41,247 nt of DNA from a virus (IMGVR_UViG_3300042939_000259:1-41247), one strand, 5' to 3'. Shown: positions 19,031 to 27,525, counted from the first letter of the stretch. Made by a program: numbers and translations. The notes: a model not told the origin generated them from the sequence alone.

Positions 19031-19354
19031 ATGGCTTGTTGTAATTGTTGTGAAAATACGTTAAATTTGGGCTGTCTTAACGCTTGCGATGCTGTTTATA
19101 ATACGGGCATTGTTGTAGATGCTTTAACGGAAGGCGTTTGGGTTTTGCAGCTTAGTTTTGGTAGTGTTTCTGTTTATTATAGTGTAGATGTTATAGATGG
19201 CGAAACAGTTATTTTTACACTTAGAAACCTAAACGAAAACTACACATACACAGGACAGATAATTGACCCTAACGGCGAAATTGTAAAAATTGAAGTTAAT
19301 AATATTGAATATGATTGTATTGAATTTAGCACTAAAATAATAATTAACCAATGA
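19031..19354 (+). CDS. Small Cys-rich structural protein
   Basis: MACCNCCENTLNLGCLNAC start; ATGA overlap with fibre gene. Confidence 0.6.
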   Translation: MACCNCCENTLNLGCLNACDAVYNTGIVVDALTEGVWVLQLSFGSVSVYYSVDVIDGETVIFTLRNLNENYTYTGQIIDPNGEIVKIEVNNIEYDCIEFSTKIIINQ

Positions 19355-20514
19355 TTGACATAGTAAAACTCGCAAACGGCAATGTAGCTATTTATGATTC
19401 GACTTCGGGCGATTTCATTAACAGCCTTAGCCCTGACATCGTAGAAATTGAATGTAACGTTAACGGTTCTGTTAAAGTTGTTCAAGACAACGGCAGCGTT
19501 GAATACATTGACCCTGCAACAGTTCAAAATACGGAAGTAGTACCAGCCGCACCAATTGCCTTTTCGGGTGATTGTGCAGACTTAGCCCAATTGCTAAGTA
19601 CTGATTTTTTTTTTGTAGTTAGTGGTGGCGGTGGTTCACAAGACTTAGCAAGTGTTTTAGGTATTGGTAATTCTGCAAATGCTGGAATTATTGATTTGGA
19701 TTATTTGGATTTTGACACAGCAGCAGCACATTCAGTTGGTGTTGGTGAATTGGCGTGGAATAACACAGATGGTACTTTAAATTTAGGTTTGCAAGGCGGT
19801 TTAATCAATAGACTTGGTCAGCAATTAGTAGTTAAGGCACGTAATACAAGCGGTTCTACAATAACTAAAGGCAGTGTAGTTAAAGTTGTGGGTGTTGCAG
19901 GTGGATTTATCGGTATAAACTTAGCACAAGCTGACAATGACACAAATAGCGCAACAAGTTTTGGTATTGTCGCTGAAGACATCGCAGATAGTAGCAACGG
20001 CTTTGTGACAATCAACGGAATTGTTCACGGAGTTAATACAAACGCTTTTACTGAAGGTGATATTTTGTATCTTAGTCCAACTGTAGCAGGTGAAATTACA
20101 AATGTTAAACCAGTTTCTCCCGCTCACATAGTTGTGGTTGGATATGTAGCAAAGAAAAGCGCAACAGATGGACATATTTTGCTACACGTTCAAAATGGTT
20201 ATGAACTTGACGAATTGCATAATGTAACTATCACAAGTGCTGCAAATGGCGATTTCTTAGAGTACAACGGGACACTTTGGGTAAATCGTGGCATTATTTA
20301 TACGGTTGAGTTGATGGATGCTTTAACGGTGGATTTTTACGCTCCATATGACCTAAAAATAAACACAACTACAAATATCAAAAACGCTCCGACCATTACA
20401 ATTCAAGACGATGGTTCTGCCTATACTTTGACTAATACTATTGCAGTAGGTAGTAAAATTACGGTAACGGCATCGGTTGCAGGGGTAACAAATCTAAACA
20501 TAACAAAAGCATAA
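19351..20514 (+). CDS. Tail fibre/spike-like protein
   Basis: Modular: N-domain, SGGGGS linker, beta domain, LDELHNVTIT...GDFLEYNGTLWVN fibre repeat. Confidence 0.65.
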   Translation: MIDIVKLANGNVAIYDSTSGDFINSLSPDIVEIECNVNGSVKVVQDNGSVEYIDPATVQNTEVVPAAPIAFSGDCADLAQLLSTDFFFVVSGGGGSQDLASVLGIGNSANAGIIDLDYLDFDTAAAHSVGVGELAWNNTDGTLNLGLQGGLINRLGQQLVVKARNTSGSTITKGSVVKVVGVAGGFIGINLAQADNDTNSATSFGIVAEDIADSSNGFVTINGIVHGVNTNAFTEGDILYLSPTVAGEITNVKPVSPAHIVVVGYVAKKSATDGHILLHVQNGYELDELHNVTITSAANGDFLEYNGTLWVNRGIIYTVELMDALTVDFYAPYDLKINTTTNIKNAPTITIQDDGSAYTLTNTIAVGSKITVTASVAGVTNLNITKA

Positions 20515-20517
20515 ATT

Positions 20518-21114
20518 ATGATAGGGAACTATATAAAAGCGGTTGCAACTGCTGTAAGTAGAAGCACGGCACAGCTAATGAAAACAGGGCAAACAACGTC
20601 TTATAGAACGGGTGATGATGGTGACTTGGAAGCAGGTCGAAATGTAAGTTTTACGGTACTTGCTGAAAATAATGTTTTTGGAAATACGAACAGATTTACA
20701 GATGAGTTAGGAGGTCAGACATACACAAAAAATATTGTAATTGATTGGTCAACTTATAATGGTAGTACAGTTTTAGGGTGGAGAAGAACAAGAAGTTCAA
20801 GCAATTGGACAAGCGCAATTGATGGCGCTTTAATTGTTAGTATAGCACCATTTACAAGTGGGTGGAGATTGCCTAACGTACAAGAATTATTTAGCATTCA
20901 ATTTTTTGGAGGTTCTGGTAAATTGAATTATGCTCCATTTACTACAGCAGCAGGTTTTGACTTATGGACATCTACAACAAATCCAGCTCAAACAAATCAA
21001 TCATTTAATTTAAGTTCAAGTACAAATAATTTATTTATTGCCTCATCTCAATTATCAGTATTTCAATACATCCCCTGCCGCACTTTTACCGTAACAGGAA
21101 CAACACTTTCATAA
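20518..21114 (+). CDS. DUF1566/Lcl C-type-lectin-fold protein, probable receptor-binding tip
   Basis: W-x-x-A, GWRLPNVQELFSI, WTST and terminal CR motifs. Confidence 0.8.
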   Translation: MIGNYIKAVATAVSRSTAQLMKTGQTTSYRTGDDGDLEAGRNVSFTVLAENNVFGNTNRFTDELGGQTYTKNIVIDWSTYNGSTVLGWRRTRSSSNWTSAIDGALIVSIAPFTSGWRLPNVQELFSIQFFGGSGKLNYAPFTTAAGFDLWTSTTNPAQTNQSFNLSSSTNNLFIASSQLSVFQYIPCRTFTVTGTTLS

Positions 21115-21132
21115 CATAAAAAAATAATAAAA

Positions 21133-21369
21133 ATGCCAACTTATAAATTTCCACAATTTCAAGTCGAAATTACAGACCCTGCAATAAGCATAAACCTAAA
21201 CACTATTTCAGATAAAGCATTAGATAAGCTATTAGGAGTTGATGTACTACTTACAACTGCTTCCGCTCAGTTTGGTGTACGTGCTGAGGATATGCCTTAT
21301 ACTGACACTTGGGATGATGCTGATGTACCCGACATGGTAAATATTTGGTTAGCTCAATACGCTGTTTAA
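21133..21369 (+). CDS. Small fibre-associated protein
   Basis: 78 aa, follows tip gene. Confidence 0.6.
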   Translation: MPTYKFPQFQVEITDPAISINLNTISDKALDKLLGVDVLLTTASAQFGVRAEDMPYTDTWDDADVPDMVNIWLAQYAV

Positions 21370-21857
21370 TGCTATCCCTTATAACACTATCAATTTTTGC
21401 AGCCTGCATAATTAAGTTTTTGCATTATTGCATCGGTTCACCTGTGCAGGGGGAATATTATACAGGGCGCATATTTTCCGCTTACGGCAAATTTATATCT
21501 AAACGTTACTTAGACTTCGAAGACAAAGAAAAAAACCGCGTGTGGGCTAAATATAACGCTTGGAAAATAAAACGTGATATTGAACTAAAGGGTCAACTTG
21601 AAAATAAAACGGCTGAACAAGCCGATAGTATTTACAAAGACTATTTGCAGCAAGTTGAACACGTTTATAATGATGTTGAAAACAATATGAAAAATAACCC
21701 GTGGTCAATGGCTGGTGCCTGCCCTATTTGCTTTGGTACATGGGTTTCATTCTTTACATTTACATTCTTTGTTATATTTGTTCCCCTGCCGTGGTGGTAT
21801 ATCTTCATTGGTACGCCTGCCGCTGTAATTATTTCACGTTATATTAAAATCTCATAA
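21369..21857 (+). CDS. Membrane protein, DUF1360-like
   Basis: TM helices and CPICFGTW motif; ATG 21369 coupled to upstream stop. Confidence 0.6.
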   Translation: MLSLITLSIFAACIIKFLHYCIGSPVQGEYYTGRIFSAYGKFISKRYLDFEDKEKNRVWAKYNAWKIKRDIELKGQLENKTAEQADSIYKDYLQQVEHVYNDVENNMKNNPWSMAGACPICFGTWVSFFTFTFFVIFVPLPWWYIFIGTPAAVIISRYIKIS

Positions 21858-22318
21858 TGGATTCCCTGACTATTACCGCCGATTCGTTACGTATTGCATC
21901 TGATTCGCTTAACTTTTTTATGAAAGTATTGCCAGAAATTAAACAGCAACTTTTTATTTTAAAGCCGCTTATTATTTGCCTATCATTTTTACTTTTAGTA
22001 GATTTTTTAACAGGCGTTCGAAAAGCAAAGGCATTAAAAGAAAAAATACAATCGCGCGGTTTTAGACGTACCATTTCAAAAATGAATGATTATTGTTTGG
22101 CAATTATTTCAAGTCAAGTTTTTACCTGGATGCTTGACCTTGAATTTACGTTATCTTATTACGTTGCTATGTTTGTTTGTGGCATTGAGCTAAAATCTAT
22201 TTTTGAAAATGTTTCACAGACTACAGGCGTTGACATTATTGGTTACTTTAAAGGCTTTATCCCTAACCCTAAAGATATATTAAAAAAACCTGCAAGCGAT
22301 AAACCTACAGGTGAATAA
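21857..22318 (+). CDS. Holin (Phage_holin_4_1-like)
   Basis: DFLTGVRKA...SRGFRRTISK...ELKSIFEN pattern with TM helices. Confidence 0.8.
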   Translation: MDSLTITADSLRIASDSLNFFMKVLPEIKQQLFILKPLIICLSFLLLVDFLTGVRKAKALKEKIQSRGFRRTISKMNDYCLAIISSQVFTWMLDLEFTLSYYVAMFVCGIELKSIFENVSQTTGVDIIGYFKGFIPNPKDILKKPASDKPTGE

Positions 22319-22341
22319 TTTACTGTTTTGCTCTTTTGTTT

Positions 22342-22524
22342 TCATGTGTTCTCAGGCCGTTGCGTAGTGATATGCAGCGGTTTTTCTGTTTGTGCTAACT
22401 TATGAAAGTTTCTAAGCCATAATTCATTTACTATTATGTAGCCGTTATTATAAAACTTTTTGTTTTCGCCCGCTTCAAATAATTGGCGTTCAAACGTTTC
22501 TTCAAATGTCGGTAAATCTATCAT
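22342..22524 (-). CDS. Hypothetical protein
   Basis: 60 aa, ATGA-coupled. Confidence 0.55.
   Translation of the reverse strand: MIDLPTFEETFERQLFEAGENKKFYNNGYIIVNELWLRNFHKLAQTEKPLHITTQRPENT
22357..22385 (+). terminator. Terminator of the late operon, inside a convergent ORF
   Basis: CCGTTGCGTA-GTGA-TATGCAGCGG 10-bp stem, GNRA loop, T5. Confidence 0.7.
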
Positions 22525-22919
22525 TTTTTCGCTATCAGTATTTCGTGTGTTTCAAATTTTATTAAGGCTGCAACCTGAACGACTTTGTGACGCTTAAAAT
22601 AAAAATCAGCATCGTGTTCTATGTCATTAACTATAACCGTGTTTCTATCCCATAGTGCAAACTCGCAATGCAATTTAAACCTATCATTCATTTGAGAATG
22701 AAACAAAAATAAAGGTATATAATCATTCGTTTTAGGTAGCTGCCTTGTTAGGTCAAAATTTAAGCATTTGTAATGGTTGCAATAAACAGGCCAAACAGAT
22801 AATTCAGTAGGTATCATTCGTTGAATATCACCCATTCCAACGCCTAAAGTTCTATTATGAAATTCGCTGGTATCCAAATTAGGAAACAATTTATTCACCG
22901 CTATCGCTACACAGTTCAT
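22521..22919 (-). CDS. Hypothetical protein
   Basis: 132 aa; N-terminal NCVAIA and later His could be a papain-like dyad (weak). Confidence 0.6.
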   Translation of the reverse strand: MNCVAIAVNKLFPNLDTSEFHNRTLGVGMGDIQRMIPTELSVWPVYCNHYKCLNFDLTRQLPKTNDYIPLFLFHSQMNDRFKLHCEFALWDRNTVIVNDIEHDADFYFKRHKVVQVAALIKFETHEILIAKK

Positions 22920-23301
22920 TTTGTGATTTATTAAAAGCTACATAAGTTAATTTTTTGCATTCATCTAAATACCATTCAATCTGCGATTCAGGTAATGTTA
23001 TTGCCATGGCTATCAATTCAGCAACCGCGCCAACGTTCTCATAAGAAGTAGTATTTAACAATTCGCGTTCATCGGGATTTGCAGCTTTTTCAAATGTATT
23101 AACAAATAGATTTATAGCTGAACGCAAATCTAAAAAACGCTTTTTCATTTCGAATTTTAGCTTATTTGGTTCGAATTGTGCAATGGCATATTTTGCAGTT
23201 TTTAGTGACCCTAATAATAACCAAATGTTTTGCGTCAATTCGTTTACTTTTTGCTCACCAACTTTAGCGATTAGTGCCGCTTTTTTTTCTTCATTAGTCA
23301 T
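22891..23301 (-). CDS. Hypothetical protein
   Basis: 136 aa helical, in operon. Confidence 0.65.
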   Translation of the reverse strand: MTNEEKKAALIAKVGEQKVNELTQNIWLLLGSLKTAKYAIAQFEPNKLKFEMKKRFLDLRSAINLFVNTFEKAANPDERELLNTTSYENVGAVAELIAMAITLPESQIEWYLDECKKLTYVAFNKSQNELCSDSGE

Positions 23302-23470
23302 GTCCTTTTAGTTTGTTTTCAAGTTCTTCAATTTTATGTAAATATATGTCAATCCTTAGTTCAAGTTCTTCATCATAAGGTTCTTCATTTTGAATCCATA
23401 GCAACGCGTCACAATAGCCTTTTTTGTATTCCAAAATTCGCCTTAATCGGTGTTTTTCTGTTTGTGTCAT
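23294..23470 (-). CDS. Hypothetical protein, 58 aa
   Basis: Read by hand: MTQTEKHRLRRILEYKKGYCDALLW...; fills gap, ATGA overlap with amidase stop. Confidence 0.65.
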   Translation of the reverse strand: MTQTEKHRLRRILEYKKGYCDALLWIQNEEPYDEELELRIDIYLHKIEELENKLKGHD

Positions 23471-24177
23471 ATCTTTAGTTTGCTTGACCAGTTAGCAATG
23501 TTAAAAGCAGGTATTTTAATAGATTCTAAATATTTAGGAACGTCAAAACTTGGACATGCTTTGTTTTGCACTTGGTTATGCCCTGCAATAATTATTTTTG
23601 GGTTATGCTTTACAATATCATGAACGTAATTGTACATTGTCAATAATTGCCCGGGCGTGCGCGTATCTTTAGGCATTCGCATGTCAGCTGTCATGCCACC
23701 AATATAACAAACGTGGCGGGCATTTCTATTTAGTAGTGTTGTCCCTAATACGCCCCAAGTCTGTTCCCATTCGTTAATTAAATTATCTTCATTGTATTTC
23801 CAAATGTTAACAAGTTTGCCGCTTGTTTCAATTACATCAGCATAGCCAGGCTTAGACCATCCGCGGCCGCCTTTTGAAACGGGTAGGGTGTGCATAGCTA
23901 TTATTTGTTCAGCTTTAGCATCGCGAAATTCAGGGCCCGCAGAACAATGCAAAAATAAGGTATGGAATCCATCGGCACAAACAGTATTTGCAACGGTTAA
24001 GGTTTTTGGCCCTGCTATTCCATCGGGAACTAAGTTATAATGTTTTTGAAATTCTATAACATCATTTCGCATTGTTTCATCATAGAATCCATCAATTAAA
24101 CCAGCATAAAAGTCAAGCTGTCTTAATTGCATTTGTAGCCTTACAACGGCTAAAGAATTAGAATTTAGTGTTAGCAT
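23467..24177 (-). CDS. Endolysin: PG-binding domain plus T7-type N-acetylmuramoyl-L-alanine amidase
   Basis: DGFYD...FQ...LVPDGIAGPKT (PG_binding_1); HCSA, GH and KACPSF zinc ligands. Confidence 0.9.
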   Translation of the reverse strand: MLTLNSNSLAVVRLQMQLRQLDFYAGLIDGFYDETMRNDVIEFQKHYNLVPDGIAGPKTLTVANTVCADGFHTLFLHCSAGPEFRDAKAEQIIAMHTLPVSKGGRGWSKPGYADVIETSGKLVNIWKYNEDNLINEWEQTWGVLGTTLLNRNARHVCYIGGMTADMRMPKDTRTPGQLLTMYNYVHDIVKHNPKIIIAGHNQVQNKACPSFDVPKYLESIKIPAFNIANWSSKLKI

Positions 24178-24247
24178 CAAGTTTAATAATTTTAAGTTTT
24201 AGTAATTCAATTTCTTTATTTTTTTTGTTTACCATTTAACCACCTGA

Positions 24248-24715
24248 CTATATAAACCTTACCAATTCTGTTTTTATTTCGCTGTCTATGTCATTTTTAA
24301 CAGTTGTTCTTATCGGAACTTCAATGGCTTTATTTTTCTTTATGCTTTGCATTATTTTAGGTCTTGAAATTCCAAAAAATAAACATGCTGCATCTATTGA
24401 CATAAACGTGCTAAATGTTTCATCTGAAAATATCGCCTTAACTTGTCTGTTTTGTTTAGGTATTTTACCTAACTTTTGCTTTAAATCGCTGCGATGCTGA
24501 ATGTAATTATAAACTGATTCTGCATTGACTAAGCCTTCAGTTTTTATATTGCCTAAACTTATGTAGGAATCAAAATGCTTTACAAATATTTCGGGCTTAC
24601 CCTCGGTTAAATATCCAAAATTTATTAACTGTCTTATACGCGTTGCTGCATAGTTTGCATTCTTTGCGCCGTTTGGCTTTATCAATTGCATCGCTTGTTC
24701 AAAGGTAAAATACAT
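24248..24715 (-). CDS. Putative DNA-binding protein (NUMOD1/HTH-like C-terminus)
   Basis: FMSIDAACLFFGISRPKIMQSIKK; alternative start 24691 behind TACCTTTG at 24707-24700. Confidence 0.55.
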   Translation of the reverse strand: MYFTFEQAMQLIKPNGAKNANYAATRIRQLINFGYLTEGKPEIFVKHFDSYISLGNIKTEGLVNAESVYNYIQHRSDLKQKLGKIPKQNRQVKAIFSDETFSTFMSIDAACLFFGISRPKIMQSIKKNKAIEVPIRTTVKNDIDSEIKTELVRFI

Positions 24716-24727
24716 ATCTTATTTTTT

Positions 24728-24760
24728 AAAAAAAACCGCCTGAACTTCAAAAACAGGCGG
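24728..24760 (-). terminator. Rho-independent terminator after ssb
   Basis: CCGCCTG/CAGGCGG stem then T8 on minus strand. Confidence 0.7.
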
Positions 24761-24829
24761 CCCAAACCAAAAGACTAATGAAAACTAAAATTTAAAATAA
24801 AAATAAGATAATTATTTAATATTTACAAG

Positions 24830-25192
24830 TTAAAACGGCAAATCAGCATCATTATTTTTTACTGAATTGCTTATTACTTCAACTTCTACGGGCGTGGCTT
24901 TCTGACCCGTGTTCATTTTTCTGCAATACGAGGCGATTATATCAGTATAATATTTTCCTTCATGCTCACGGTATTCTACTTTGCCTTCAATAAATAACAT
25001 ATCGCCCTTTTCAATTGTAATGTTATTCCAATAGCTTATTTGATGCCATTGTGTTTTTTCTTGCCATTCGCCGTTTTTGTCTTTGCTACTTTCAGATGTT
25101 GCAAAGCTAAATTTTGTTAGCGTTTTTTCGCCAAATGTTTTTTGTTCAGGTTCTTTTCCGACCCGACCGATTAGTGTAACGCGGTTTACCAT
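24830..25192 (-). CDS. ssb: Single-stranded DNA-binding protein
   Basis: MVNRVTLIGRVGKEPE, FSFATSE, TQWH, C-terminal DLPF. Confidence 0.95.
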   Translation of the reverse strand: MVNRVTLIGRVGKEPEQKTFGEKTLTKFSFATSESSKDKNGEWQEKTQWHQISYWNNITIEKGDMLFIEGKVEYREHEGKYYTDIIASYCRKMNTGQKATPVEVEVISNSVKNNDADLPF

Positions 25193-25406
25193 CGTATTTT
25201 GTTTTTAGTGTTAAAGAATGATTATTAGGTTTTAATTTTCCTTTTGTCCATATTTCGCAATCATCGAAAAAAAAGTTTCTTACTGACCCTAATTTATAAA
25301 CTTTAGTTTGACGCGTGCAAATAGCTTTATAATTGCCCGCTGGCAATTGTTCGACTACATACCACTCATCGCCTTTTATTTTATCATGGAAAAATTGGAA
25401 AATCAT
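25146..25406 (-). CDS. Hypothetical protein
   Basis: 86 aa, overlaps both neighbours. Confidence 0.5.
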   Translation of the reverse strand: MIFQFFHDKIKGDEWYVVEQLPAGNYKAICTRQTKVYKLGSVRNFFFDDCEIWTKGKLKPNNHSLTLKTKYDGKPRYTNRSGRKRT

Positions 25407-25905
25407 ATTGCCAAAGGTCGTATTTTTCTATTACAGAAATTAGTATTTCAGCATATTTTTTTTCGGTTGCATATCCGCACTTTTTTAAACCGTGTGCCCA
25501 TGCTTTATAATTTAATCTATTTAGCCGTGTGAGGTGTTTATAACGCTTTGAAGTTAGTAACTTACTATGTGCCCGATATGACCACCACGGCGATTTATAG
25601 ACTTGGAATTTATCGCGCGGTGTATCATCTTTGTAAACTGCATATTTGCCTTTTCCGCTGTGTTTAATACCAAAGTGGTTGTTATGTTTGCGGCTTAGAC
25701 TTGAACGCCCTGCATTGCTTTCTATAATGCCCTGCGCAAGTGTTATGCTAACAGGAATGTTAAATAGCTTAGCTTCGTTTTGCGCTGTCTTTAAAAAGCG
25801 TTTTATGTAGCTATCTATGTGTTTTGGTGCAGGCTGTTTTTTTAGCGCTGGGAATGTTCCCGATGTAAATAAAATTACTGCTAAGATTAAAAGTATTGTT
25901 TTCAT
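25384..25905 (-). CDS. GH73 glucosaminidase (FlgJ-like) with signal peptide
   Basis: SITLAQGIIES, NNHFGIK, GYAT..KYA motifs; hydrophobic N-terminus. Confidence 0.9.
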   Translation of the reverse strand: MKTILLILAVILFTSGTFPALKKQPAPKHIDSYIKRFLKTAQNEAKLFNIPVSITLAQGIIESNAGRSSLSRKHNNHFGIKHSGKGKYAVYKDDTPRDKFQVYKSPWWSYRAHSKLLTSKRYKHLTRLNRLNYKAWAHGLKKCGYATEKKYAEILISVIEKYDLWQYDFPIFP

Positions 25906-25930
25906 GGTTTAGTAGTTTGAAATTAAAAAG

Positions 25931-26035
25931 TAGTCCTGACAGGATTCGAACCTGTATGCCTCACCTTGCAGTTTAGTTGCTAACTGATAGTTATAGGGGT
26001 CACTATCCTTGCGTCTACCATTCCGCCACAGGACT
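25931..26035 (-). ncRNA. tRNA-like RNA (Leu-type D arm, no canonical anticodon arm)
   Basis: AGTCCTG/CAGGACT acceptor, GCG-GAATGGTAGA-CGC D arm, ACAGG-TTCGAAT-CCTGT T arm, discriminator A; 55-nt atypical middle. Confidence 0.8.
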
Positions 26036-26043
26036 ATATTATC

Positions 26044-26160
26044 TTAGTGGGTTAAATACCATAGTATTGCAAACGTTACTATAGAAGTAACACATCCGAC
26101 ATAACCACCTATTTTGAACCCATCCATAAACCCCTTTTCATATAAATCTTTATTTTCCAT
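26044..26160 (-). CDS. Small membrane protein, 38 aa
   Basis: Read by hand: MENKDLYEKGFMDGFKIGGYVGCVTSIVTFAILWYLTH. Confidence 0.55.
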   Translation of the reverse strand: MENKDLYEKGFMDGFKIGGYVGCVTSIVTFAILWYLTH

Positions 26161-26291
26161 AGTTTTATTTTTTAGTAGTGACATTTTGTCACAGTTTTAA
26201 AAATGCGTTTTTGAATTATCCCCTGAACGCTAACAGTGCCAACATACGATTTGGAATACTTATTTGTATTATCTTCGTTCCATACTCAGCG

Positions 26292-26516
26292 CTAAGCAGA
26301 GGGCTTATAGGTTTCGTTGTAGTATTGTTCGGCTTGTTGATTAAATATGTCATCTTTTTTAAACCAAAATTCTTTTGATAGTGGTGTTACATAAGCGTCA
26401 ATTATCTGCTGCTTTTCCATTTCGATGGCTTGCTTAAATGCTTCTATTAAATTATTTTTTTGTTCATCATTTAAATAATTCAATGCTTGTTCTCCAAACC
26501 ATTGTACTGCTGTCAT
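26292..26516 (-). CDS. Small phage protein (TAVQW...MEKQQIIDAY...AEQYYNETY type)
   Basis: Motif pattern I associate with Bacteroidota phage small proteins; ATG 26516 preferred. Confidence 0.7.
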   Translation of the reverse strand: MTAVQWFGEQALNYLNDEQKNNLIEAFKQAIEMEKQQIIDAYVTPLSKEFWFKKDDIFNQQAEQYYNETYKPSA

Positions 26517-26517
26517 G

Positions 26518-26673
26518 TCATTTCTTTTTATCAATTAACAAAATTAAACCGATTCCAAGGCATGTGCCGCCAATAAATGCAAGTGCTAACATAAGATATA
26601 ATTTTTCGAGTGTTAAACCAGCTGTTAAGCCGAATAAAATGCCGATTAAGGCACTAATAATAATTGTTTTCAT
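26518..26673 (-). CDS. Small two-TM membrane protein, 51 aa
   Basis: Read by hand: MKTIIISALIGILFGLTAGLTLEKLYLMLALAFIGGTCLGIGLILLIDKKK. Confidence 0.6.
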   Translation of the reverse strand: MKTIIISALIGILFGLTAGLTLEKLYLMLALAFIGGTCLGIGLILLIDKKK

Positions 26674-26971
26674 ATTGTAGTTCGTTATATAGTTCATAAT
26701 CTGATTCTAATTTATCACCTAAAGCATCTTGTATCATTTCGCTTACATAGCTAAAGGAATAGTCTAATAGTTCTGCAAGTTCATGTATTGAATAATTCTT
26801 ATCGCCAATGTAAATGTCATCAATAATAAAATGCGCATCAAAATCAGGTTCTAAAGGCACGCCAAAGCTGTCACGTTCACCGCGTTCAAAGTCTACATAT
26901 TCGGCTGTAATTTCAATAAGATAAGCGTTGTTATCATTATCGTATTCGGTTATTTCTGTTTGTACTTTCAT
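26654..26971 (-). CDS. Acidic hypothetical protein
   Basis: 105 aa, GERDSFGVPLEPD, very D/E-rich. Confidence 0.7.
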   Translation of the reverse strand: MKVQTEITEYDNDNNAYLIEITAEYVDFERGERDSFGVPLEPDFDAHFIIDDIYIGDKNYSIHELAELLDYSFSYVSEMIQDALGDKLESDYELYNELQYENNYY

Positions 26972-27177
26972 GATTCTTTTTCTAAGTTAAATTTGTTAGC
27001 AATAGATTGTTTTAAGGCTTTGAAGTAGTCGGCTTCATCTTCGTAATTGTCCAAATCTGATTCGTTGGTATTGTAACCGCGTGAAATATCGACTTGAAAA
27101 AATAAATCTTTGCCCGTTTGATTAACTTGATGTATCATTAAAGTACCATCATAAGCTAAATACATTTTTAGTTCCAT
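26968..27177 (-). CDS. Hypothetical protein
   Basis: 69 aa, ATGA-coupled. Confidence 0.6.
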   Translation of the reverse strand: MELKMYLAYDGTLMIHQVNQTGKDLFFQVDISRGYNTNESDLDNYEDEADYFKALKQSIANKFNLEKES

Positions 27178-27200
27178 TGTTAGTTAGTTTTGAAGTTTGT

Positions 27201-27227
27201 AAAAAATACGGTTTGAGGATAACCGTA
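27201..27227 (-). terminator. Terminator/attenuator after first early gene
   Basis: TACGGTT-ATCCTCA-AACCGTA then T6 on minus strand. Confidence 0.6.
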
Positions 27228-27237
27228 AACCTCTGCT

Positions 27238-27435
27238 TTATTTGCGTATTTCTACTTTTTTATCTTTTCTAATTAAGCCCCATCTTTCTATTGCGTCAAT
27301 TGCTTGCCATTTTTTACTGAATCCATCAACTGATTCACCGTTAGAATCAATTATCCAATAATAAATACCGCCATCAGTAAACCATTTTTCAATTGTTACA
27401 ATTTCTGGCTCTCTTTTGAATTCTAAAGTTGTCAT
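27238..27435 (-). CDS. Hypothetical early protein
   Basis: 65 aa, first gene after promoter. Confidence 0.65.
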   Translation of the reverse strand: MTTLEFKREPEIVTIEKWFTDGGIYYWIIDSNGESVDGFSKKWQAIDAIERWGLIRKDKKVEIRK

Positions 27436-27477
27436 AATTTTGAAGTTTTTTTGTTGTCATTTAATCAAATCCTGACA

Positions 27478-27507
27478 CGAAGATACAAACACTTTTTATA
27501 TTTCAAA
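27478..27507 (-). promoter_or_regulatory. Bacteroidota-type early promoter
   Basis: TTTG (27507-27504), 18 nt spacer, TATCTTCG (27485-27478). Confidence 0.55.
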
Positions 27508-27525
27508 CTATTTTTATAAAAATTT

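Noticed and set aside
20950-21114. Complete diversity-generating retroelement
   Set aside because: No template repeat or reverse transcriptase found in the window
25931-26035. Functional tRNA-Leu(CAA), suppressor tRNA, or attP site
   Set aside because: CAA and CTA triplets are not in a canonical 7-nt loop; no integrase seen
27187-27448. AACTTCAAAA motif before two early genes as an operator
   Set aside because: Few copies in A-rich translation initiation regions; not distinguishable from background
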